DNA of 61,826 nt, the filler included, from Jimgerdemannia flammicorona (taxonomy: Eukaryota): NCBI GenBank assembly GCA_003990765.1. It is 3 parts of 3 records of this genome, joined end to end, with 100 filler letters (N's around TTAATTAATTAA, not from the genome) between each part and the next. Parts side by side here need not be neighbours in the genome. Positions count along the whole stretch, not along the records: positions 41,289 to 61,826 come from RBNJ01001656.1; 2 more parts are not named here. The stretch is one strand, 5' to 3'. A program made the position numbers and the translations under genes. The notes below the pieces were generated by a model that was not told the DNA's origin, made no database searches, and worked only from the letters and a program-made list of their open reading frames with translations. Shown one piece after another: positions 41,289 to 52,058 of this stretch (within the stretch, counting starts at the first letter, position 1; the number at the start of each line of letters is the position of its first letter).

Positions 41289-42590
41289 CACAATTTTGGC
41301 TTTAAACCAAAGCCAAATCAAATGCAACCTGAGAGAATAAACCTGTCTATAGATCTGACCAAAAAAACATTAATAACTCTATGAATATACATCCAATTTC
41401 AATGTACTTTAGCTTGCTGGATCCACATTTAGTACGAGGATCTAGCACAATAAAGATAAATAAATTTGGAGATATATTCACAAAGTTATTCATATTTATG
41501 TGAAATGTCTATTTTATTTAGATTTGGCATAATTTTGGCCTTAAAGGCATATTAAAGTGCTTTTAATTTGGCTTTGTGAAGTGTTAATTTAAGGCTGAAA
41601 TTGTGCTGGTCTTAGTGGGTCAACAATATCATTAGATTAAACTTGATATGATGTTCCATCAAGTTATGATTTTTATTTTTATTTTATTAAATACATTAAA
41701 AGGGAGTAGCAAAAAGGTTGAGTATAAGTATATACGGTGCACTAGTGCACAGTACTTATACTCAACCTTTTTGCTACTCCTTTTTAATGTACTTAATAAA
41801 ATAAAAATAAAAATCATAAATTGATAGAACATCCTATCAAGTTTAATCTAATGAAGAGTTTTTTTTTATTATTACATATAATATTTTAATAAAAGTAGTT
41901 TTTTTCACTATTTTATAATAGATATTGTGACCCACTAAGACCAGTCACAATTTCGGCCAAATTAAAAATAAAATTGAATCATAACTTATGCTCACTTCTT
42001 TTTGCTACTTTTTCTTAATATATTTAATAAAAAAATAATAAAAATCATAAATTGATAGAAAATCCTATATAGTATAAAACTATGAAGAGCTTTTTTTTTA
42101 ATTATTACATATAATATGTTAATAAAAATGGGGTTTTTACTTATATTTATATTTTTTAAATGCTTTCTCCTATACATTAGTTATATTAAAATATATATTA
42201 GAAATATAAGTAGTAAATATTATCTACTTTACTTCTATGAAGAGTTTTTTTTAATTTTTTTTCTAGTTATAATAATATATATAAATTTAAATTATATAAT
42301 TATGAGATATTGTGACTGATAGGCCAAGCACTTTAATATGATTTTAAGGCCGAAATTTAAGGCCGAAATTATGCCAAATCTAAATAAAATAGACATTTCA
42401 CATAAATATGAATAACTTCTCCAAATTCATTTATCTTTATTGTGCTAGATTTCCGTACTAAATGTGGATCCAACAAGCTAAAGTACATTCAAATTGAATG
42501 TATATTCATAGAGTTATTAATGTTTTTGTGGTCAGGTCTATAGATAGGTCTATTTTCTCAAGTTGGCTTTGGTTTAAGGCCAAAATTGTG
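41289..42590. mobile_element. AT-rich foldback/palindromic non-autonomous element
   Basis: 41289-~41560 is the reverse complement of ~42350-42590 (CACAATTTTGGC...GCCAAAATTGTG). Centre GTGCACTAGTGCAC at 41737-41750; right arm has an internal duplication. Confidence 0.85.
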
Positions 42591-42738
42591 ATCGGCCTTT
42601 TGCTGAGCTGAATTCATTCCCAGTGTGACGTCTACATTTTATTTCTAACTCAGCCATAAGATCGTTCATCTGTCAATATTGTCAACAATCTTTCTTGATA
42701 TCTTACAAAACCAAGGTATGTAATGTATATTTTTTTCT

Positions 42739-43183
42739 GAGACGAGCGATGGGAGACGGGCGATGGGAGGGAGACGGGCGATGGGAGACGGGCGATGGAA
42801 GACGAGACGGGCGATCGGGGACGGGTGATGGAAGATGAGACGAGCGATGGGAGACGAGACGAGCGATGGGAGACGAGACGGGCGATGGGAGATGGGCGAT
42901 GGGAGACGAGCGATGGGAGACGGGCGATGGGAGACAGGCGATGGAAGACGGGCGATGGGAGACGGGCGTCTCATCTCCCATCGCCCGTTCGTCTCCCATC
43001 GCTCGTCTCATCTTCCATCGCTCGTCTCATCTCCCATCGCCCATCTCCCATCGCCCGTCTTCCATCGCCCGTCTCCCATCGCTCGTCTCGTCTCCCATCG
43101 CTCGTCTCGTCTCCCATCGCTCGTCTCGTCTTCCATCGCCCATCTCCCATCGCCTGTCTCCCATCGCCCGTCTCCCATCACCC
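42739..43183. repeat. Inverted (head-to-head) minisatellite of GAGACG(A/G)GCGATGG units
   Basis: Units run forward to ~42964 and as reverse complement from ~42967; centre GACGGGCGTC. Confidence 0.95.
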
Positions 43184-44609
43184 TTTTAGATGATCTTACT
43201 AAATTATTAAATTTATATTTTTTAGTTATAACAAAATGCCAAGACCATCTAAATGATCTCAGCACTTACAAAGTTTAAAATATCAAAAAAGTAAACTTGA
43301 AGAAGAGATTATAGGTAAATATTATTATATACAAATATTATTAATATTATTAATATATTAATTATAATTATAATTATAATTATAATATAGATGATGATGA
43401 TAAGAGAGAAGAAGAAGATGAAAGAGAAGAAGAAGATGAGAATGATGATGATGATGAAGATGAAGATGATGAGGATGAAGATGAAGATGAAGATATAGAT
43501 GAAGATGAGAATGCAGATGAAGATGAAGATGAAGATGAAGATAAAAAAGCTGACAGCAGTTGGGAACCTCATATTTTTGCACTCAAAGTTCATATGAAGA
43601 ATTTAGAGAATCTATCTCTAAATTCTATTTTAAAATATCACCATATATCATGACATATGGTATTTAGAAACAATAACAGGAGTACTTCTCAAGCTAGTCA
43701 TCTGATTGCAGAAAGTATCAACAAAGGCTTATATTATGCAAAGCTTTTGAGAAGATGGACACAAGATTGGATTGATAACAGAATTCTTCCTATTTCTCAG
43801 CAAGGAAGATATGCTAAGAAGAAAAGTCTTCTTAAAGATAAAAACATTAAACTTGCAGTAGAAACTTATTTAGAAAAAAATAAGTTTACTGCTACTCCAA
43901 AATCTCTTAAAGAACATTTAGAAGAAGAGATTTTTCAATATCAGCAGAATCTACAAAAATTCATGAAGATAAAGCAAGAAGATGGATGCTAAAGATGAGC
44001 TATACTTATAGTAGGCGCAGAAAAGGACTCTATGTTGATGATCATGAAAGAGATGATGTCAAAGTATCCTATGAACAATTTTTAAAGCAGATGGCTGACT
44101 GGAAACCATTTATGGTTCAATGTGATGAAAATTTTCAACCATTACAACACAACATTTCTCTTGGACAACAACATATTCTAGCTACCTATGATGAGGCTAC
44201 TTTCAAGGCAAATGATGATCTAAATTATAGATGGATAATTTCCTCTAAGAAAAAAAAGTAGAGGTGCTAGTATAATGGTTAGTGAATTTCTTCTGGATAC
44301 TGTTGGAAGACTGGCTATATCTGAAAGACAATATAAAGATATGAAGAGGCCAAAGCCTCCAAAAGAAGCTTGTTGTCTACTTGAAATTGGAAAAGCTAAG
44401 AAAGATTATTGGACTGGAAATGATCTAATAGATCAGGTATGTATATTTATAATAATAATTAAATTTAGTAAATAGATTAAATAAAAAATACTTATAATAT
44501 AAATTAATATTATATTTTTAGATTAAAAACAAAGCTATTCCAATTTTCAATGCTATTCATCCCAACTGTATAGCAGTATTTGCATTTGATCATAGTCAAG
44601 GACATTCAA

Positions 44610-46207
44610 TGTACATTGTAATGGTGATCTCAGAATGGTGACATCATCACAGGAGACAGCCTTTCCTTACAAGCCACCAGATCAGAGCACAAGAAGATTA
44701 TATAGCATGACTCATCCAGGCTACAAGATGAGCAATGATGACAAACCATGAGTTATGATGACTACAAGATAAACATCTCAAGAAATATAAAGGAAGGACC
44801 AAGAAACCACAGTAGCAGCAATTAAAACAAGACTCAAAATCCTGAAATAGTTCAAAAGACTCACTATAAACAAAATGCCTATCACTCACCAAACCTCAAG
44901 GTCCAGGAACCACCAAGGCCTCTCAGTTCAAGAAAGGATGTTCCAAGACATCAGGAGAGCCATAAGGACCTGCACCAGAAGGATTCCTAGCCTCAACCTG
45001 GGTATTGGTAACTCTTACCACTTTACCCTCTACCACCATGAAATGGAGACAAGGATTACTACTGCTACTGAATGCCTCTGGATGTGGCAGAAATACGAAA
45101 TAGAGAACCTCCTCTGCCAGGAATTCCCCCAGGCCAGTCCCCAAGAGATACAAGATGACACCTCTATAGATGCACATAAATTGAGGATAGCCAAAAAGAT
45201 CCATCAGGTCTTCAGACATGCACCTTGGTCAATCTCCAACTTAGAGTATACCAGAGTCTCAGACTTCAAGGAATTGTCAGCCTACTACATGGATGCACTA
45301 GAAGCTATGGTGGCCACAGAAGCCCAATCTACCATTACTCTCAAAAGTGATGAAGTAGAGGAGTTCTGGAATCCCATCCTCCAGGACAATTCAGATCAAT
45401 TTCTGCAAGGATTAATCTCAGTATTCTAAGGCCCCAGTATCCAGGTCAGACCCCCTCAAGATCCCACCTTTGTCCCCTACTTTGTGGAGGAAAACATCAT
45501 AGATTGGAGAGCCCCTGATCTGCTGCTGAATGTGATGACATCATCATTGATGACATCATCCTGCTAATCAACACATGTGAAATGAACAAAATGCTTGCAG
45601 AAATGCTTGCTGACCTTATTTCCTTCAAAGATATCCCATCCCTGACCTCTAGTCTTGATGATAGCAATGAAGACAAAGCCCTGAGAATTTTGAACATTTT
45701 ACTCTAATTTGTATGTATAACTATTTGTTTGAACACTTGAATATTTTAGCACTCTGACTTTGTGTAACTGTCAGAAATTATTCCAGAATTCTGATCTTAT
45801 ACAACCAATTGTATAGGTACTCAAATTTGTACTTACAACCTGAAGTTTTCTGTGTTCAAATATCTTATTTGGATATTGGATTTTATATTAGCTTTATATC
45901 TTAGCAACTATTGAATTACATTTTGTATAAATACCCCTCTCATTTCCTTTGAAATAAAGTATTAAAAACACTCAAGCATTCAAGTACCCAACTACTCAAG
46001 AGCACAAAAGTTCCAGTCCTCTACTCAATTCTACACAAGTAAATCCAAGAGATAACAGAACAGTTTAAAGATAAGAAGTTTGAGGACTATAAGATCTTGG
46101 GAAGGCACTCCAATAGAACTTGCTTATAAGAAACTTGTAGTTGGTCTAAAGATACACCTTGAAGAGAATCTGATGTACTTGGAGAACTCAGCGCCCACTA
46201 TATGACA
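44610..46207 (+). mobile_element. Solo-LTR-like insertion (~1.6 kb) inside the transposase
   Basis: Removing it rejoins transposase H-S-(M/I)-Y-A-S-D. TG...CA ends with imperfect terminal inversion; TGTATAAATA (~45925) then AATAAA (~45953), as in other LTRs here. Exact left boundary and TSD are ambiguous (ATGTA/ATATA). Confidence 0.65.
44875..45429 (+). CDS. Uninterrupted 184-aa ORF within the LTR-like insertion; similar to Gypsy ORF3
   Basis: ATG to TAA with no stops in otherwise decayed DNA; motif KYEIENLL...IAKKIHQVF...SDFKEL. Confidence 0.55.
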   Translation: MPITHQTSRSRNHQGLSVQERMFQDIRRAIRTCTRRIPSLNLGIGNSYHFTLYHHEMETRITTATECLWMWQKYEIENLLCQEFPQASPQEIQDDTSIDAHKLRIAKKIHQVFRHAPWSISNLEYTRVSDFKELSAYYMDALEAMVATEAQSTITLKSDEVEEFWNPILQDNSDQFLQGLISVF

Positions 46208-47487
46208 ATATATGCATCAGATGCTTTATTTGCTCACAAGATGAATCTTGGACCTGCTGGAAAACAACCACTTATGAGAACTAAAAAGTTTAACAATATC
46301 ACTCAAGAAATGATATTTTCATCATCATGTGATAATGTTAAACTGCGTGGTAAACCAAAGGGCTTAAAACAAGTACTTAAAGAAAGAAATCTTTGGAGAG
46401 AATATTTAAGAAGAAAATGCAAAGAAAAATGCAAGACAGAAGATTTTTGTGCAGTATATACGTGACTATTGACAGATAATAAAATTGATGACACCTAATT
46501 TATAATACAAATGAAATACAACCCTCTTGGCATTACCCAGAAGCCACCACGAGGAGGTGGGGTTGTGTTGGCTTCCACATACCTTATAATGCTCCTCCTT
46601 GAAATCACCACCATCTTGCGACTCCTCTCCTCTTTTTCTTGCTGCATCAATATGGCCATTCCTTGTGGATGGTATTCTAATTGTAACATTATCACTGTTG
46701 CATCCATCACTCGTCCTCTTGAACTCATCCAGCCCAGAGGGCATTGTGACAGATGGAGGTGACACTGTTCACTTGACTCCATGCTCGCACTTCACCTTCG
46801 TGGGTGGGACTCAGCAGGAGGGACACAGCGAATCATCCTCGGGATGACAATGTCAGGTTGGGCACCCCAAACTGGACCTGAGAGGAGGGGAGTTCCTGGA
46901 AATACTGAAGAAAGATTGCACTTTGAATTAATAGCCAAGATGGTCTATACCTTCGTGGGTGCAAGAGGCATCCTGCTTGAACTACATGCTTTAAATCACT
47001 GTCATAGAGGGGCATGGCAAGGTTGAGATGCAGATAATGAGCGTTTGTGATAAATCTTGATGACAAGGATAACTAGAGGGTGGGTGTACCTGTGTCCTCA
47101 CCCTCCTTGGACTCGTACATTTCTCCACTAGAAGCAGGAACTCGACCTGGTTGTCAGCAATGGAATTTGTATACTGCAATGGAGAATGAACTATCAGAAA
47201 TGTGAAAATCACTGAGAAGGGTTTCAAATATAATTTCAATTTATCTTCAAACAAGAAATGGATGGAAATAATAACGATATCGCAATTTGATGAAACCAAT
47301 ATTCAAGATGAAAGCTGTGGCAAATAAAGAACTTTTGACCAAGGGTTATAGGTTGTCAATGGAAAAGAGCAAAAGCAATACAAAGTACAAATAAAAGCAT
47401 AAGCAAAATTATAAAAGCTAGAAGAGTTGCTCTCTCTCTGAAACTTCCAAAGTGCACAGGATAATTAACATAATTAGTGCACCGGAC

Positions 47488-47660
47488 AGCAGATCAGTTT
47501 AATGTCATGAGGCCAGGACTAATTTAAACACCCTGCATAGGATGGCAGATCCGTTTAATGTCATGAGGCCGGGACAGTTGGGTGCAGATCCGTTTAATGT
47601 CATGAGGCCGGGACAGTTGGGTGCAGATCCATTTAATGTCATGAGGCCAAGACAGTTGGG
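47488..47660. repeat. 39-bp tandem repeat GCAGATCCGTTTAATGTCATGAGGCCGGGACAGTTGGGT (3 copies plus one upstream partial)
   Basis: Direct copies at ~47545, 47584 and 47623; related copy at ~47488. Confidence 0.92.
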
Positions 47661-48159
47661 AGAGAGCAGTATCATCAATGAGTGCTATATGTATGATGAA
47701 GATATTTTATTTGCCAATGGCAAAACATTATGCATATTTGATTTCGCTATTGGAGTATTTGTAAGCACACATTAGATTCCCATTATTGGTATATATATCA
47801 AAATGACACCAGCTGACTTCAGTATTATGCATCATACTGTATCAAATAGCCAAATTATATATTTCATAAAGCAATCTCCGGTTTACTGAATTTTGGTTAG
47901 CTTGAAATTGCTGTCCTCAATGAGATCATGTATTTGAAATTTTTGCTTTGTATAATGACTAATCTCTCTGCAGCTTGGCAGCAATAGTGAATTCGAGCTC
48001 TGTAATATTATGTACCAGATATTTCTTCACATAATTACAGAGCTACATTTTGTCAAATATATATAACATCTGAAGGAATAATGCTAGCCAGACCACTTCC
48101 ATGCATTTCCTATTACGAATCATTGTAAAATCTTTATTGAAGACGAATGACTGCATCGT

Positions 48160-49435
48160 GATTTTGCAAAAAGTAGCATGCCGAATTGTCGGACCATTGG
48201 GTCACCTGTGACATCATCCCCAATGGCAAAATTAAATGATGCACTCTAGATACACACTTTAGTGTCCCTTTAGCTCAACAGTAACCACATAGCCCTTGAG
48301 GTAGAGGTTTGAACCTTCATAAAGATTCCCAGTGTGGCTGAACTCTAGTAGTAGGTAGTTACATCGCTCAAGAAGACTGTCCTTCAAGTAGTAGGCAGCT
48401 ACGTCATTCGAGAAGAAATGAAGCCTCATATTGATGATCCGACAGTTCGGTATGCTACTTTTCATAAGCAACACAGGGTTCTTGGAAAAGCCAGGTTGAT
48501 TGCATACGTGACTCGTCTGGGGATTTCTGCTGGATGCCCTGTTGTTCGCAAAAAGTAGCATACCGAATTGTCGGACTGTTGGGTCATCCGTGACATCGTA
48601 CCCAATGGCAAAATTAAACAATTCCATTTGATGCACGCGCTTTTACGCGATTTAGATACACACTTTGGCGCATCCTTTTTCTCAACAGTAACCACCATAG
48701 CCTTCTAAAACGAAATTTGAACTTTCATAAAGATTCCCAGTCTGGCTATTCTTTAGATGAACTCTAGTAGTAGGTAGTTACATTGCTCAGGGAAAAAAGC
48801 TTATAGCTGTCCTTCAGATAGTAGGTAGCTGCATCACTCAATCATGTTGATGACCCAACAGTACGGTATGCTACTTTTCTTGAGCAACACAGGGTTCTTG
48901 GAAAAAGCCAGGTTGACTTCATATGTGGCTCATCCGGAGATTTTTGCTGGATGCCCTGTTGTTCGCAAAAAGTAGCATACCAAATTGTCGGGTCATTGAG
49001 TCACCCGTGACATTGTATATACCCAATGGCGAAATTAAACAATTCCATTCGATGCACGCGCTTTTATGCGATTTAGATACACGCTTTGGCACGTCCCTTT
49101 TCTTAACAGTAACTACCATAGCCTTCTAAAACGAGATTTGAACTTTCGTAAAGATTCCCAGTGCGGCTGTCCTTCAGGTAGTAGGTAGCTGCGTCAATCA
49201 AGAAGAAATGGAAGCCTCATATTGATGACCCAACAGTTCGGTATGCTACTTTTTGTGAGCAACACAGGGTTCTTGGAAAAGCCAGATTGATTGCATATGT
49301 GACTCATCTGGGGATTTCTGCTGAATATTCCGTTGTTCGCAAAAAGTAGCATACCGAACTGTTGGGCCAATGCTGCGGCTTTTGCTCAACAGTAACCACA
49401 TAGCCTTAAAATTCGGTGTGCTACTTTTTGTGAGC
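48160..49435. repeat. Tandem array of ~375-420-bp units with alternately oriented 25-bp motifs
   Basis: CAAAAAGTAGCATACCGAATTGTCGG at 48167, 48549, 48966 and 49340; reverse complement at 48439, 48855, 49230 and 49411. Confidence 0.9.
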
Positions 49436-50392
49436 ATTTAGTCAGCTCAAAATCACTTTATGAGATGAGTTGAATTTACTGTAGTCATACAAGGTATAGT
49501 AGAATAATACATTTACTACTATTTGAATTTACTACTTCTTTATCATTTGTATCCCACATTGACCACATATATATGTTTCTCTCTCCATTGTGTCAGCTCT
49601 GTAAATTGTGATGTATATATATGATTAGTACAAGATCTAAATATAGTTCATAAATATTAATCAACCAAGTGTTATTACCTCAGGTGGTCTCTGACTGGCA
49701 TCATACGCATTTGTCAGATATTATAAGATAGTAGGAGTATCAAGATCTAAGCTCCATCCTCCCCATTCACATATCTCACCTATTGATTTATGCTGTCCTG
49801 CATAGTAATGCCAGTACTGACACCCTCTACATCGAAATGAATGTGTATCATACAGATCTGACTTTACAATTCCAATCGCCTGTAGATCCTTTCAGAATTG
49901 ATTTTGGAAGGATTTGTAGCTTACTCTCTGAGCTACATCAAGATCCTGGTTATCATTTCTAGTGACAAAGAAATATCCATCTGTCTCACCATGGTAGTAT
50001 AACCATCTCATATATGGCAAAGATACTTATTGTAATTATTGCGCCATAATATAAAGGACTGGATCCCTGTGGAATAATAGATGAATTAGAAGCATCGCAG
50101 TTACATTTGCTTTACAAACATCTTGAGAGATGACCTACCTCCACCCTGTGCTGTTTTACGAAAGTTCAATATTAATGTGACATATCTCTTCCGAAATTCA
50201 ATATGTGTCCATTGAATATTCAATACTTCATCACCATGTAGAAGGCACAGATATGCAAACAGGTATGCATACTGTAAAATGTATGTTAGTTAAACATGGG
50301 TATATATTGCATAAAGCAAATACGAGCTGACAAGTATATATATACATATTGATGAGCACCAATAACTCCCTCTTGCTGACAGTATGTGTACA

Positions 50393-51488
50393 TTTTTTTT
50401 TTTTTTTGGAAGGGAAACTAGACTATATAGGCCAAAACCCTCCCCCACCCCCACCCTGAACACTACACCCCCATTAACTTAGGCTTGCTATTGTCCAGCA
50501 GCTCTACTATGCCAGGTGCAGCAGGGCTTATATTAGCCTGCACCTCATTCTGCACACCATGCTCTCCTTACCACCAAGGGGAAAACAACCATATACTAAT
50601 GACTGAAGGTGCATACTTGAATCCCCAACATATGTACAAGGCCATGCCAGAGCCAGATAGCAAAGCCCCCACCACCCCAAAGAGAGTGACAGGCAAAAAA
50701 AGACCCCTCCAAAAGATACAGAATGATAGATAGGACCTGGTTCTCTCTGATGGAGTGAGTGAAGAACTTATATGTAAGGTGGGAGGAGACCCCCAGTACC
50801 CTGCTACTCAAGTCTGTGGGCCTCAATCATATCACTATGTCAGCTTCTGGTTCTAGTTGAGTGCAGCCTAAACACCTGACCCTGGTAGCCTCAGGCCCCC
50901 CAACAACTCCTAACAACTGGAGCCTAACTAGTGCTCCCAAACAAATCGAATCAATTCGAATCAAATTGAATTGAGGGTCATTCAGATCGAATCAAATTGG
51001 GGATTTTTCAATTTGAATCAAATTCAAATTGAATTGAATTCAAATTGAATTGAGGGTCCAATTCAACCCCTATTTTTCAAAATGTAATAACGTGACGAAT
51101 ACACATCCAAATTCAATGATCTTTAGCTTGTTAGATTTCCCTATATAAGGGAAATCTAACAAGCTAAAGATCATTGAAATTGGAGGTATATTCGTCAAGT
51201 TATTACATTTTGAAAAATAGGGTTCAAATCAGACCTCAAATCGAATTAGCCTTTGATTCAATTCAAATCAAATCGAATTGGACCTTTGATTTGATTCGTT
51301 GGGAGCACTAAGCCTAACCTCACTGATCACCAAGAGCCACCAAGAATGACACTTACCACCTAACCACCCTGCACCAATCAGAAGGCCCCACCAATGTAGC
51401 ACTTGCAACAACCCTAATAACCATCACCAGCCTGATATCTGACTGGTCTACTGTAATTGCCCTTCTGTCTATCTGTGACAGCCATCAC
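50393..51488 (-). mobile_element. 5'-truncated LINE 3' end (second family), inserted in the YR gene
   Basis: Poly-T then GGAAGGGAAACTAGACTATATAGGCCAAAACCCTCCCCC, the reverse complement of the 3' end at ~60705-60750. Also shares GATGGCTGTCACAGATAG with ~60080. Confidence 0.75.
50929..51310. mobile_element. Palindromic hAT-type MITE (382 bp)
   Basis: TIRs TAGTGCTCCCAA / TTGGGAGCACTA; exact 8-bp TSD AGCCTAAC (50921-50928, 51311-51318); central hairpin CTTGTTAGATTTCCCT-ATATA-AGGGAAATCTAACAAG. Confidence 0.95.
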
Positions 51489-52058
51489 ATATGGACTTTG
51501 CTGCCTTACCATGCCATGCCTTACATCATTGCAAGTGCATATATATCTTCATACATCCTCTGATTGAGTTGGATTTTCAACCAATTTTGCTTTTTCTCAT
51601 CATATTCAAATATTGCCATTGATGTTATAATATTGAGTAATAGCTGATTGTATTGTCAATGTAGTTGAGATCTATATTGTGTATGTAAATAACAATATAT
51701 GATTATTACTAAATATTGAAATACAAAATTATATATATAAATTACATTTACCAAATATCCCAGACATCTAATAGAATTACCATGCTCATCCATTGTACAT
51801 ATCTCTAGGTTCACACTGTTTGTATATATATGTACAGATATCATTTGGTATCATTTCTATAATATTTGTGGAATCAAATTCTTTGTTATAGAGATGTTTA
51901 TATTATTGGCATTGAAATCGGTAATATTCATTTTATGTACTTAGTGCTCTAAATGGATTCAATTTATTTAGATGAGATTCAATTCAGATTCATCATGTGA
52001 TGGATTCAAATTAATTCAGATTGGTCTTATGATCAATTCAGATCAGTCAAATCTTTGG

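Larger units (their letters stand above)
43236..46465 (+). pseudogene. Spliced IS630/Tc1/mariner-type DDE transposase (fungal type), interrupted by a 1.6-kb insertion
   Basis: MPRPSK start, acidic tract, KGLYVDDHERDDV, YDEATFKANDD, IMVSEFL, YWTGNDLIDQ|IKNKAIPIFNAIHPNCIAVFAFDHSQGH, resuming after the insertion with YASDALFAHKMNLGPAGKQPLMR and PKGLKQVLKERNLW. Introns at ~43315-43390 and ~44437-44521; C-terminus missing. Confidence 0.85.
49530..51930 (-). pseudogene. Spliced tyrosine recombinase (Crypton-like YR element), disrupted by a LINE fragment and a MITE
   Basis: Minus-strand exons give ENPTQSEDV*RYI (~51560), YAYLFAYLCLL(H for R)GDEVLNIQW...LNFRKTAQGG (~50140-50272), LYDTHSFRCRGCQY, ICEWGGWSLD...TIL*YL (~49715-49855) and terminal CGQCG. 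This is the R-K-HxxR-W-Y catalytic order; GT-AG introns lie between exons. Confidence 0.85.

Noticed and set aside
42666..43278. Several 85-147-aa ORFs (RLPSPIA/GDGRWET repeats)
   Set aside because: Translations of the minisatellite in multiple frames on both strands.
47488..49435. 39-bp repeats and the 25-bp motif array as a CRISPR array or integron cassette array
   Set aside because: The 39-bp units have no spacers, and the segments between 25-bp motifs are paralogous copies rather than unique spacers or cassettes. No cas genes; eukaryotic context.
49530..51930. Starship captain (DUF3435) assignment for the recombinase
   Set aside because: The reconstructed protein is short, with motifs (THSFR.GCQY, ICEWGGWS) that I associate with Crypton-like fungal YRs. 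No cargo or element boundaries are demonstrable; an HMM search is needed to settle it.
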